Shown here piece by piece: positions 10,578 to 19,318 of a stretch of 64,000 bases of DNA. This stretch comes from an uncultured Clostridia bacterium. GTDB taxonomy: Bacteria; Bacillota; Clostridia; TANB77; CAG-508. The notes under the pieces were generated by a model. It ran no database searches and was not told where the DNA came from. It saw nothing but the letters and a program-made list of their open reading frames with translations. The position numbers and the translations under genes are program-made. Position 1 is the stretch's first letter; each line of letters opens with the position of its first letter. The stretch lies in assembly GCA_944388805.1 (NCBI GenBank), contig CALXKE010000003.1, positions 7,885 through 71,884 of the forward strand, in the 5' to 3' direction.

Positions 10578-11186
10578 TTAATATTCATAAATATCATATA
10601 AAGGTTGATAGTTTCTAGGCATAATTGGTGGTCTCATTGGTGGACGTGGATTATGTGGTGGTCTTGGTGGAAAATTGTTATGACGCCTTCTCAATAATTC
10701 CCTAATTAATAATATTTTGATTAAATCTCTTAAATTATTATTTCTAGGACTTATTCTACTTTCTTCTGTATTTCTATTTTCTACTTCTTGTTTTTCAGAA
10801 CTTTTCTTTTGAACTTCTTCCTTATGTTGCTCATTTCGTTTTTGAGTATTTGAATTTGTTGTAGAAACTGTATTTCCTAAATTGATATTGACATTTATCT
10901 GGTTGTTATCTTCTATTGCTGAATAAATTTCATCTGTCATTTGTTCAATCTCTTCCCTGCTATTTGCTCCCATATTTCCATCACAGGCTTTTTGAACCAT
11001 TGGATATATAATTTTATATATCTCAGGATAAAAGTTTTCTAAATCATTTCTCATGTTTATTTGAGATGGATTTGGATATTCATTTTGATACATCTGATTT
11101 TGATTCATATGGTTTTGGTTCATAGTTGCTGTACTTGGATATCCTAAAACACTTCTTATGTACTCTTCGTATTGGTTATCATACAT
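10578..11186 (-). CDS. Probable spore coat/sporulation protein (N/Q-rich, Pro/Arg-rich tail)
   Basis: ATG 11186 after AAGGAGG; motifs YPEIYKIIYPMV and LRDLIKILLIRELL; RPP repeats; sigma-K-like promoter upstream. Confidence 0.65.
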   Translation of the reverse strand: MYDNQYEEYIRSVLGYPSTATMNQNHMNQNQMYQNEYPNPSQINMRNDLENFYPEIYKIIYPMVQKACDGNMGANSREEIEQMTDEIYSAIEDNNQINVNINLGNTVSTTNSNTQKRNEQHKEEVQKKSSEKQEVENRNTEESRISPRNNNLRDLIKILLIRELLRRRHNNFPPRPPHNPRPPMRPPIMPRNYQPLYDIYEY

Positions 11187-11215
11187 TTCTAATTCCTCCT
11201 TATTTATTTTATACA

Positions 11216-11243
11216 AGATATGTTGATAACTTCTAAAAGGTGC
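11216..11243 (-). promoter_or_regulatory. Putative sigma-K/E-type promoter
   Basis: Minus strand GCACC-N16-CATATCT. Confidence 0.45.
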
Positions 11244-11327
11244 ATGAAATTTCACTTTTTCATGATTTTGTGGTATAATTATATTGATACACAAAAAAGG
11301 CTACTTTAACTAAAAAGGAGGTATACT

Positions 11328-11501
11328 ATGCCAACAGTTGAAAATATTTTTGAAAACTGGAAAGTACAAAAAATGTCAGACAAGACGAAGATACAACAGG
11401 CAGAATTAATTCTTAAACTTGCAGAGAGTTTGAAAAATGCAACTCCTGAAGAAGAGAGAATTATAAAAGAAGCAGAAGATTTTTTGCTTCAACGTGATTA
11501 A
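11328..11501 (+). CDS. Small 57-aa helical protein (not in ORF track)
   Basis: Extended -10 TGGTATAAT at 11271-11279, SD AAAGGAGG, ORF MPTVENIFENWKVQKMSDKTKIQQAELILKLAESLKNATPEEERIIKEAEDFLLQRD, and a terminator downstream. Confidence 0.8.
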   Translation: MPTVENIFENWKVQKMSDKTKIQQAELILKLAESLKNATPEEERIIKEAEDFLLQRD

Positions 11502-11516
11502 GTAGCCTGTAGAAAA

Positions 11517-11541
11517 AGGCGACCTAGTTCTTAGGTCGCCT
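11517..11541 (+). terminator. Intrinsic terminator (possibly bidirectional)
   Basis: AGGCGACCTA-GTTCT-TAGGTCGCCT perfect stem. Confidence 0.75.
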
Positions 11542-11582
11542 GATTTCTTCGCTATACATAAAAATCAACTTTTTATAATATT

Positions 11583-11677
11583 CTAATGTTCAAAATCTTT
11601 TTGATTGATTAGTTGTTTCTGAATATATTTATCAATAATGGTGTTAATGTTCCATCAAAATCATATATAATTATCAT
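11583..11677 (-). pseudogene. HAD-family hydrolase remnant
   Basis: ATG right after the murD stop, preceded by SD AGAGG; MIIIYDFDGTLTP is HAD motif I; stop after 22 aa. Confidence 0.6.
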
Positions 11678-11679
11678 GT

Positions 11680-13092
11680 TTAACCTCTCTCTTTTAAATT
11701 TCTTACTAAATTTTTAAATTGATTTCCTCTATCTGCAAAATTTTTAAACATGTCAAAACTTGCACTGGCAGGAGAAAATAAAACAATATCTCCACTTTTA
11801 GCATTCTTTTTTGCAAGTGGAATTGTTTCTTCTAATGTCTCACACATATAAATGTCTAGGGTTTTATTTTCTTTTTCCAATTCTTCTTTTACAGCATCAT
11901 AAATTTTTCCAGCTGTTTGACCAATTAAAATTAATGTTTTTACTTTATCAATAATTGGTTTTGCAAGAGGTGTATAGTCTAAATTTTTGTCATATCCGCC
12001 TGCAATTAAAACAATCTTTTCTTTAAAAGCATTTAATCCAGATAAAGTTCTAGAAGGTGAAGAGCTTGCAGAATCATTATACCATTTTACTCCATCGATT
12101 TCTTCTACAAATTCAATTCTATGTTCTACAGGTTTAAATTCTTTGATTGCTTTTACAGCAGTTTCGATATCTACTAAACTTGCTGTTGCTGCAATAGCTG
12201 TTGCAATATTTTGATAGTTATGATTTCCTCTTAAAATCACATCATCTGTATTTAAAATATGTTTTCTAACTTTGTCATCACATTCTTTTATCACATCTTC
12301 ATCAACAATATATCCATTATCTAATTTGGTTTGACTACTAAAGAAAATGACTTTTCCATTTGCCTCTTTTGCACATTCTCTTGTAATTTCATTATCATAA
12401 TTTAAAACCAAAATTCCATTCTCATCTTGATATTTGAAAATATTTTTCTTAGCGTCAATATATTCTTGATAATCTTTATGAATATTTAAATGATTTGGTG
12501 TTATATTAGTAATAATAGCGATTTGTGGACTTACTTCCATTCCCATTAATTGAAAACTACTTAATTCTAATACAACCATATCTTCAGGTGTGATTTCTGG
12601 TAGTTTTGTAAATAATGGTGTACCAATATTTCCTCCTAAAAATGTTTTATATCCTGCTTTTTGCAAAATGTGATTGATTAAACTTGTTGTTGTTGTTTTA
12701 CCATCACTTCCAGTTACACCAATCATTTTTGCTGGACACATTTGCATTAGTAATTCTACTTCTGTTGTTACTAATGCCCCTCTATTTGCTTCTTCTACTA
12801 ATTCTGGTTTGGTTGGTAAACAACTAGGCGAACGAAAGATGACATTAAAATTTTTTAAATATTGCATACAATCTTTTCCAAAATGCATCATAAATCCATA
12901 ATTGGTAATTTTTTCAATATTATTTCTAGGGATTTGATCATATTCTCTTTCATCAAATATGGTTACATTTGCTTTTTTCTCATACAAATAATCTAAAAGT
13001 GGTAAATTACTAACACCTAATCCTATAATGGCCACTTTTCTGTATCTTATGTAATCATTGAATTCATTTAATTTTTCATTGTTATAACTCAT
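11680..13092 (-). CDS. murD: UDP-N-acetylmuramoyl-L-alanine--D-glutamate ligase
   Basis: GLGVSN, GVTGSDGKTTTTS, GGNIG, LELSSFQL, HRIE, YNDS and SPASASFDMFKNFADRG. Confidence 0.97.
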   Translation of the reverse strand: MSYNNEKLNEFNDYIRYRKVAIIGLGVSNLPLLDYLYEKKANVTIFDEREYDQIPRNNIEKITNYGFMMHFGKDCMQYLKNFNVIFRSPSCLPTKPELVEEANRGALVTTEVELLMQMCPAKMIGVTGSDGKTTTTSLINHILQKAGYKTFLGGNIGTPLFTKLPEITPEDMVVLELSSFQLMGMEVSPQIAIITNITPNHLNIHKDYQEYIDAKKNIFKYQDENGILVLNYDNEITRECAKEANGKVIFFSSQTKLDNGYIVDEDVIKECDDKVRKHILNTDDVILRGNHNYQNIATAIAATASLVDIETAVKAIKEFKPVEHRIEFVEEIDGVKWYNDSASSSPSRTLSGLNAFKEKIVLIAGGYDKNLDYTPLAKPIIDKVKTLILIGQTAGKIYDAVKEELEKENKTLDIYMCETLEETIPLAKKNAKSGDIVLFSPASASFDMFKNFADRGNQFKNLVRNLKERG

Positions 13093-13267
13093 TTGTCAAT
13101 CCTCCATAATTTTCATATTATTGATTATGATATTAATTTCTTTTGATTGTATAGAAAAAATTGCCTTTTATTTCTTATCTATGTGAATTTTTCCTATACA
13201 ATCATATGAATCTATTTTATATATCTGCTATTATATATCAATTATATAAAAAAAACAAATTCTGGGT

Positions 13268-13297
13268 GAATATTTTTCTATAGATTCGTACAAAATA
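13268..13297 (+). promoter_or_regulatory. Putative sigma-G/F-type forespore promoter
   Basis: GAATA-N18-CAAAATA upstream of the Asn-rich micro-ORF. Confidence 0.45.
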
Positions 13298-13326
13298 GTA
13301 ATATACTTTGAGGAGGTGCTTTGTAT

Positions 13327-13419
13327 ATGAGTAAGAAAAATAAAGAAAACAAAAACAATAATAACAATTCAAATAATCAAAACAACAATAATGAAAGACA
13401 AAATAATAATAACAAATAA
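13327..13419 (+). CDS. 30-aa Asn-rich micro-protein, possible small spore protein (not in ORF track)
   Basis: SD GAGGAGGTG; MSKKNKENKNNNNNSNNQNNNNERQNNNNK; terminator at 13426-13462. Confidence 0.7.
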   Translation: MSKKNKENKNNNNNSNNQNNNNERQNNNNK

Positions 13420-13425
13420 CAAGTT

Positions 13426-13462
13426 AAAGAGACAATTTGAACATACTTCAGATTGTCTCTTT
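13426..13462 (+). terminator. Intrinsic terminator (bidirectional position)
   Basis: AAAGAGACAATTTGAA...TTCAGATTGTCTCTTT. Confidence 0.7.
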
Positions 13463-13563
13463 ATTTTCTTATAACAAGGTTGCTTCATAATATTCATGTA
13501 ATATACAAAATGATTTTACACATTTGTACATTGAAATATTCTATATCGTTGATACACCCTATG

Positions 13564-15597
13564 TTATTTTGTTCCAAATATTCTGTCTCCAGCATCACCT
13601 AATCCTGGAACAATATATCCTTTATCATTTAATTTTTCATCAATACATGCTGTATAAATTTTCACATCAGGATGTTCTTTTTTTAATCTTTCAATTCCTT
13701 CTGGTGCAGAAATGATACATAAGAATTTAATTTTCTTAACGCCGTCTTTTTTAAGCATTTGAATCGTATCTGCAGCTGAACCTCCTGTTGCAAGCATTGG
13801 GTCTAAGATAATGGCTTCTCTTTTAGCAATATCTTTTGGCATTTTATAATAATATTGTACTGGCTCTAAAGTTTCTTCATTTCTATATAATCCAATATGT
13901 CCAATTTTTGCATTTGGTACAATTTTTAATAATCCATCTAACATACCTGTTCCTGCTCTTAAAATTGGTACAAAAGCGTAATTATCTTCGTCTAATACTC
14001 TTGCTTTTGTTTTACAAATTGGTGTTTCGATTTCAATTTCTTTTAATTTTGCATCTTCTAATGCATGATAGCATAATAGTGTAGCTATCTCCCCTATAAT
14101 TTCTCTAAATTCTTTTGTACCTGTATTTTTGTTTCTTATAATAGATAATTTATGTTCCACTAAAGGATTACTTAATACAGTTACTTGATTTATTTCATCA
14201 TTTTTTATTTCTTCCACTACATTTGCCTCACTTTCATATTTGATTTCTTTTTTATCCTCATTTTTTTCTTCTGTCACTTCTGTTTTTTTATCTTCTGGTT
14301 CATTACTCTCTTCTTCTTTTTCATCTGGTAATAATAAATTTAATAAGATACCAATAATTGCTGCTAAACTCATTCCTGAAATGGTTACAGATAAATCTCC
14401 ATGAATAATAGAGATAGCTGCTCCTCCTAATCCTAGTACTAACATAGTAGATGCAACAACAATATTTTTAGATTTTCCAAAATCAATTTTATTTTCAATT
14501 AGTACTTTTAAACCATTTACTGAAATAAATCCATATAATAGTAAAGATACTCCACCTAAAACAGCATCAGGAATGGTTGATACCAATGCAGTAAATTTTC
14601 CCAAAAATCCTAAACAGATAGCAATAACTGCTGCTAATCCAATTACCCATACAGATGCTACTTTTGTCATTCCTACAACAGATGTGTTTTCACCATAAGT
14701 TGTATTGGCTGGTCCTCCTAAAAATCCTGCAACAAATGTTGCTAAACCATCACCTAATAAAGTTCTATCTAATCCTGGATCTTTTAATAAATTTTTTCCG
14801 ATAATGGTACTTAATGCTGTATGGTCACCAATATGTTCTGCAATGGTTACTAAAGAAATTGGTACAATCGTTAATAATGCTGAAAAATTAGGTGCATAAT
14901 TTAAGAATGGGACTACAAAGCTTGGCATACTAAAGAAGCTAGCTTCTAATACTGGTGCAAAATCAACCAATCCAAAACAGATTGCTGAAATATAACCAAC
15001 AACAATTCCAACTAGAAATGGAATAATTTTTAAAAATCCCTTTCCTCTAACCATTACAATTGCTGTTGTTAAAAAGGTAATTAAAGCAACTGCAATACAT
15101 CTCCAATCAATTTGTGTTCCAGTTCCTAATCCTACTTGAGAAATTGCACTTGGTGCTAAACTTAATCCGATGATCATAATCATTGGCCCAATAACAACTG
15201 GTGGTAATAATTTGTCTATCCATTTTTTACCTATAAAATGAATAATAGTTGCAAAAATGACATAAACAAGACCTACTGCCATAACACCAACCATGGCACC
15301 TGAAATACCACCTTTTACATAAGCTGCTGCTAGTGGTGCAATAAATGCAAAAGAGCTTCCTAAGTATACAGGTGATCTTCCTTTTGTACATAAGATGTAA
15401 ATTAATGTTCCAATTCCTGATGTTACTAATGCTACTGGAATGGTAAGAACTTCTTCGCCTGCTGCTGTATTTACCATGATAGGAACTAAAATGGTTGCTC
15501 CAAACATAGCAAAAACATGTTGTAGTGCAAGGATTATCCATTTTGCAACAGTTGGCTTTTCATTTACATCTAATAGTAATTTTTTTGTTTGTTCCAT
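13564..15597 (-). CDS. uraA-upp: Fusion of uracil permease (UraA/PyrP, NCS2) and uracil phosphoribosyltransferase (Upp)
   Basis: QHVFAMFGATILVP and NTTYGENTSV (NCS2); acidic linker; then PILRAG, LDPMLATGGS and YIVPGLGDAGDRIFGTK (Upp), all in one frame. Confidence 0.93.
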   Translation of the reverse strand: MEQTKKLLLDVNEKPTVAKWIILALQHVFAMFGATILVPIMVNTAAGEEVLTIPVALVTSGIGTLIYILCTKGRSPVYLGSSFAFIAPLAAAYVKGGISGAMVGVMAVGLVYVIFATIIHFIGKKWIDKLLPPVVIGPMIMIIGLSLAPSAISQVGLGTGTQIDWRCIAVALITFLTTAIVMVRGKGFLKIIPFLVGIVVGYISAICFGLVDFAPVLEASFFSMPSFVVPFLNYAPNFSALLTIVPISLVTIAEHIGDHTALSTIIGKNLLKDPGLDRTLLGDGLATFVAGFLGGPANTTYGENTSVVGMTKVASVWVIGLAAVIAICLGFLGKFTALVSTIPDAVLGGVSLLLYGFISVNGLKVLIENKIDFGKSKNIVVASTMLVLGLGGAAISIIHGDLSVTISGMSLAAIIGILLNLLLPDEKEEESNEPEDKKTEVTEEKNEDKKEIKYESEANVVEEIKNDEINQVTVLSNPLVEHKLSIIRNKNTGTKEFREIIGEIATLLCYHALEDAKLKEIEIETPICKTKARVLDEDNYAFVPILRAGTGMLDGLLKIVPNAKIGHIGLYRNEETLEPVQYYYKMPKDIAKREAIILDPMLATGGSAADTIQMLKKDGVKKIKFLCIISAPEGIERLKKEHPDVKIYTACIDEKLNDKGYIVPGLGDAGDRIFGTK

Positions 15598-15635
15598 TAG
15601 AACGCCTCCTTTTATTTTCTAAGTAAGCATTTAGT

Positions 15636-15807
15636 GGGACAAATCTCGCTTTGAGAGAACTTTTTTCTGTTTTTCTCATTTAACTATATAAATTAAGTTC
15701 TTGAAAAAGCGTAAAGATTTGTCGACGTGAAAAATTGCAAGCAATTTTTCTGTGCAATATTATTTTTTATTATATAGAACATAAAATGTTCTATATAATA
15801 AAAAATA
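15636..15807 (+). repeat. Structured intergenic repeat, family A copy 1
   Basis: GGGACAAATCTCGCTT.GAGAACT...AAGTTCT.GAA.AAGCGTAAAGATTTGTCGACG.GAAAAATTGC..GCAATTTTTCTGTGCAA is shared with 25793-25927; followed by a long AT-rich hairpin. Confidence 0.9.
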
Positions 15808-15835
15808 TCAATTCGAAAAGAATTGATATAAACAC

Positions 15836-15934
15836 TTACTTTATTAATTTAAAAATTGGGAACGCAAAATAAACAATATTTCTATTGATATTACTTACTT
15901 TTAATCTTGTAATATTTTCTACAAATTTTGTCAT
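15836..15934 (-). CDS. Putative 32-aa small ORF/leader upstream of uraA-upp
   Basis: TTGCAA-N17-TATAGT promoter, SD GAAAGGGTG, MTKFVENITRLKVSNINRNIVYFAFPIFKLIK, then a hairpin and U-tract. Confidence 0.4.
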   Translation of the reverse strand: MTKFVENITRLKVSNINRNIVYFAFPIFKLIK

Positions 15935-16054
15935 TCTTCTACACCCTTTCTTACTATATACCATTCATTCAAAAGTTGCAATAGAAAATGATTAAATTTA
16001 TACAAAAAATCCCTCTTTTTTCAGAGGAATCTTGTTATTATAAGGTCATTTTTC

Positions 16055-17812
16055 TTATATATTATATTTTTCTCTTTTGGTATAAGTCGTATGTAATAAT
16101 CTTTCAGCGATTTCACTACCTGGTTTTTCTAAGAAATCCTTATATAATTTTTTCATAAATGGATTTTCATGTGATTTTCTAACAATACTTCTTTCATCTA
16201 TGGTATATAAAGCATCTGCTCTTAGCTTTCTAACATCCACTTCTGCTCTTACCTTAGAACTCTTAATTGGTTGACCACCACCCATGATACAACCTCCTGG
16301 GCAAGCCATAATTTCAACAAATTGATAATTGGCTTTACCTGATTTGATTTCTTCTAATATAGTTCTTGCATTTGCTAATCCGCTTGCTGCAACAACATTA
16401 ATATCTTTCCCTGCAATATTAATTGTTGCTCTTTTGATACCTTCTCCTCCTCTTACTTGTTCAAAATCAATTTTAGGTAAATCTTTTCCTGTTAAGGTAT
16501 CTTGTGCTGTTCTTAAAGCTGCCTCCATAACACCACCAGTTGTTCCAAAGATAGCTCCTGCACCACTTGCTTCTCCAATAGGACTATCAAAATTGCTATC
16601 TTCCAATTTTTCGAATTCAATGTTAGCTTGTTTTATCATTCTTGCTAATTCTCTAGTAGTAATAACATTATCTACATCATATAAGTTATCTTCTTTCATT
16701 TCTGGTCTTTGTCTTTCAAATTTCTTTGCAATACATGGCATAACAGAAACTACATAGATTTTTTCTGGGTCTAGACCTTCTCTGTTGGCATAATATGTTT
16801 TCAGAATAGCGCCAAACATTTCATGAGGAGATTTGCAACTAGATAGATGTGGTAATAATTCTGGATAATTCATTTCTATATATTTTACCCATCCTGGGCT
16901 ACAAGATGTAATCATTGGTAAATTATCATTTTTTGTAAATCTTTCTATAAATTCATTTGCTTCTTCCATAATGGTAAGGTCTGCACCTGTATTGGTATCA
17001 AATACTTTGTCAAATCCTAAACGTTTTAATGCAGTTACCATTTTTCCGACTACATTTGTACCAATTGGCATACCAAATTCTTCTCCAAGAGCAACTCTAA
17101 CTGCTGGAGCAGTTTGCACAATAACAGTTGTGTCTGGGTCTTTTAATTTTACCCATACATCATTAATAGTTTCTTTTTCATGTAAAGCACCTGTTGGACA
17201 AGCTTCTATACATTGACCACAAAATGTACAGTTAACATCATTTAAACTATGGTCTCCAACAGTTGATATACATGATTCAAACCCTCTATTAATACAATCA
17301 ATGGCACCAATTTTTTGTACATTTTTACATGCTGCTACACATCTTCTACATAAAATACATTTATTAAAATCTCTTACAATTGATGGTGATAAATCATCAA
17401 TTTTGTGTTCTGTTCTTTCTCCTTCAAATTCAATATTTAGAACATTAAATTTTGTAGCTAATGTTTGTAATTCACAATTTCCTGAACGTGTACAAGTTAA
17501 ACAATCTTTCGCATGATTTGAAATTATTAAATCTAGAATCACATGACGTGCTTCTAATACATTTTGTGTATGTGTATGAACAACCATACCTTCTTCTACG
17601 GTTTGTATACATGAAGTAGCAAATCCTCTTCTGCCTTCTACTTCAACAATACACATTCTACAATCTCCCACTTCATTAATGTCTTTTAAAAAGCATAATG
17701 TTGGGATATCAATTCCTGCTGTTTTTGCAGCTTCTAGTATTGTTGTTCCTTTCGGTACTGTTACTTTTTGATTATCAATTGTTAAATTAACCATTTCTTT
17801 TTCCATATCCAC
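16055..17812 (-). CDS. hydA: [FeFe]-hydrogenase catalytic subunit (group A, HydA/HndD-type)
   Basis: H-cluster motifs TSCSPGW, MPCIAKKFE and EIMACPGGCIMGGGQP; N-terminal 2Fe-2S and 4Fe-4S Cys motifs. Confidence 0.96.
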   Translation of the reverse strand: MDMEKEMVNLTIDNQKVTVPKGTTILEAAKTAGIDIPTLCFLKDINEVGDCRMCIVEVEGRRGFATSCIQTVEEGMVVHTHTQNVLEARHVILDLIISNHAKDCLTCTRSGNCELQTLATKFNVLNIEFEGERTEHKIDDLSPSIVRDFNKCILCRRCVAACKNVQKIGAIDCINRGFESCISTVGDHSLNDVNCTFCGQCIEACPTGALHEKETINDVWVKLKDPDTTVIVQTAPAVRVALGEEFGMPIGTNVVGKMVTALKRLGFDKVFDTNTGADLTIMEEANEFIERFTKNDNLPMITSCSPGWVKYIEMNYPELLPHLSSCKSPHEMFGAILKTYYANREGLDPEKIYVVSVMPCIAKKFERQRPEMKEDNLYDVDNVITTRELARMIKQANIEFEKLEDSNFDSPIGEASGAGAIFGTTGGVMEAALRTAQDTLTGKDLPKIDFEQVRGGEGIKRATINIAGKDINVVAASGLANARTILEEIKSGKANYQFVEIMACPGGCIMGGGQPIKSSKVRAEVDVRKLRADALYTIDERSIVRKSHENPFMKKLYKDFLEKPGSEIAERLLHTTYTKREKYNI

Positions 17813-17835
17813 ATCTCTCTTTCTTTTAACTATTA

Positions 17836-19176
17836 TTAAACTTCGTCTTCCATATCCATGTCATACTCAATTGGTTCTTGGTTTAGCAATTCTCTTTGTT
17901 CTTCAGTCAAGTATCTTTTGTTTATAATGATATCTATTGTAAATTTGTTAAAATAATTATCATTCATTGTATAATATCCATTTGGTTTTTCATCTGGACC
18001 TGCACCATAACTATCTTCTACTTTCCATCGTTCGATATGATCATCTATTATGTTTACACCTGTAATTGCCATGGAATGTGATGAATGAAATTCTGAAAGG
18101 TCTAATCCTTCTCTTTTATCTAATGAATGCATATCTAAAGTTTTTTCATAATTATAAATTCTTGTATCTAAAATTCCTTGTTTTTCATACACATACTTAT
18201 TTGAAATATCAAGGCTAATATATACAGGCATTCCGTCTTTCAATTGTTCTATAGCACATCTCTTTAAGTCTTCTATTGGTAAATTTAAAAATTGTCTGTA
18301 GCTATTTTTATATATATTTCCAAAATGTTTTAATCGATATACTTTGTTATATTCTTTGTTGTACATTGGCGTATTGGCAATTGATACAAAATCATCTAAA
18401 TTTAATGTTAGATATTGATTTTTAAAATCAATTGGTGTTATTTGCTTTTGTGATATGTATGTTCCATTTTTATCTTTATATTCTAAATCAAATATCATTG
18501 GTGGTTCGCCCAAGATTTTTGATAAAAATATGTAATTTTGTTTTGCATATAATTTTGTTAGATTTCTTAGTTCTTCTTCATTTTTACCTTCCTTTTTCTC
18601 TTCTATTAAAGAAATTACATCTTTCTTTACTTTTTCTCTAAAGATACGAGAAATTTTTTCACCATCTTCTCCTTCTTTTGGGTTGGGCATATAAGAATAT
18701 GGCACAATTCCATATTTTTTTATAATACTTGCAAACCATTCATAAAATCCTGCTTCAGTAACACAATCTTTTAAAAGTCTTTCTTGCTTTATATATTTTA
18801 AACTTGTATTTTCAATAGATAAATTGATAATATTTTCATAAACATTATTTGCTTTTTCTAATTTATCGAAGAAAGCAATATAATTACTTGATAGTTCAAA
18901 ATTCATTAAGTCCATATTTAAATTTTCTGCCATATTATATTGAATCATATTAAATCCTGCATATATCCAACATTTCCAACTTTCCTTTTGGTCATATCGT
19001 TTGGTATCAGGAAGTTCGATATTAAAAACGGGTTGATTTTCTCTAACAATATCTCTGTCTAAGCAGGCATTTTCTAATCCATTTGTTGTAATGGCATTTT
19101 CAATAATTTTATTGTTGGGATTATCATTGTATTCTTTTGAAAATGCTTTTATATCTGCTAATGTTAGTTCTAACAT
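17836..19176 (-). CDS. pepC: Aminopeptidase C / bleomycin-hydrolase-like C1B cysteine peptidase, divergent
   Basis: DQKESWKCWIYA, FFDKLEKAN, KYGIVP, HSMAITG and WKVEDSYG. Confidence 0.8.
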   Translation of the reverse strand: MLELTLADIKAFSKEYNDNPNNKIIENAITTNGLENACLDRDIVRENQPVFNIELPDTKRYDQKESWKCWIYAGFNMIQYNMAENLNMDLMNFELSSNYIAFFDKLEKANNVYENIINLSIENTSLKYIKQERLLKDCVTEAGFYEWFASIIKKYGIVPYSYMPNPKEGEDGEKISRIFREKVKKDVISLIEEKKEGKNEEELRNLTKLYAKQNYIFLSKILGEPPMIFDLEYKDKNGTYISQKQITPIDFKNQYLTLNLDDFVSIANTPMYNKEYNKVYRLKHFGNIYKNSYRQFLNLPIEDLKRCAIEQLKDGMPVYISLDISNKYVYEKQGILDTRIYNYEKTLDMHSLDKREGLDLSEFHSSHSMAITGVNIIDDHIERWKVEDSYGAGPDEKPNGYYTMNDNYFNKFTIDIIINKRYLTEEQRELLNQEPIEYDMDMEDEV

Positions 19177-19264
19177 AATTCCTCCTTAATTTATTATCCA
19201 TTCAATTAATATTTCGCGCTATTAATATTGATTAAAAACAATTTTCTCGCATATATATTTTCAT

Positions 19265-19318
19265 AGGTCTGTCCCTTTCGTTCCATTTTGAAACGATTTG
19301 GAACGTCCCTAACGTTCC
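19265..19318. repeat. GTCCC-core short palindromic (REP-like) doublet
   Basis: AGGTCTGTCCCTTT (exact reverse complement at 21365-21378) and hairpin GGAACGT-CCCTA-ACGTTCC. Confidence 0.65.

Noticed and set aside
11187-11294. N-terminal extensions in the ORF track (this gene, and also hydB 21225, uvrB 24804, pepF 34603, GNAT 38935, ABC-F 49339)
   Set aside because: Strong SD sequences and family N-termini point to downstream ATG starts
15598-15830. PyrR attenuator upstream of uraA-upp
   Set aside because: No AGTCCAGAGAGGCT-like binding loop, and the same element recurs at 25793 before an unrelated gene
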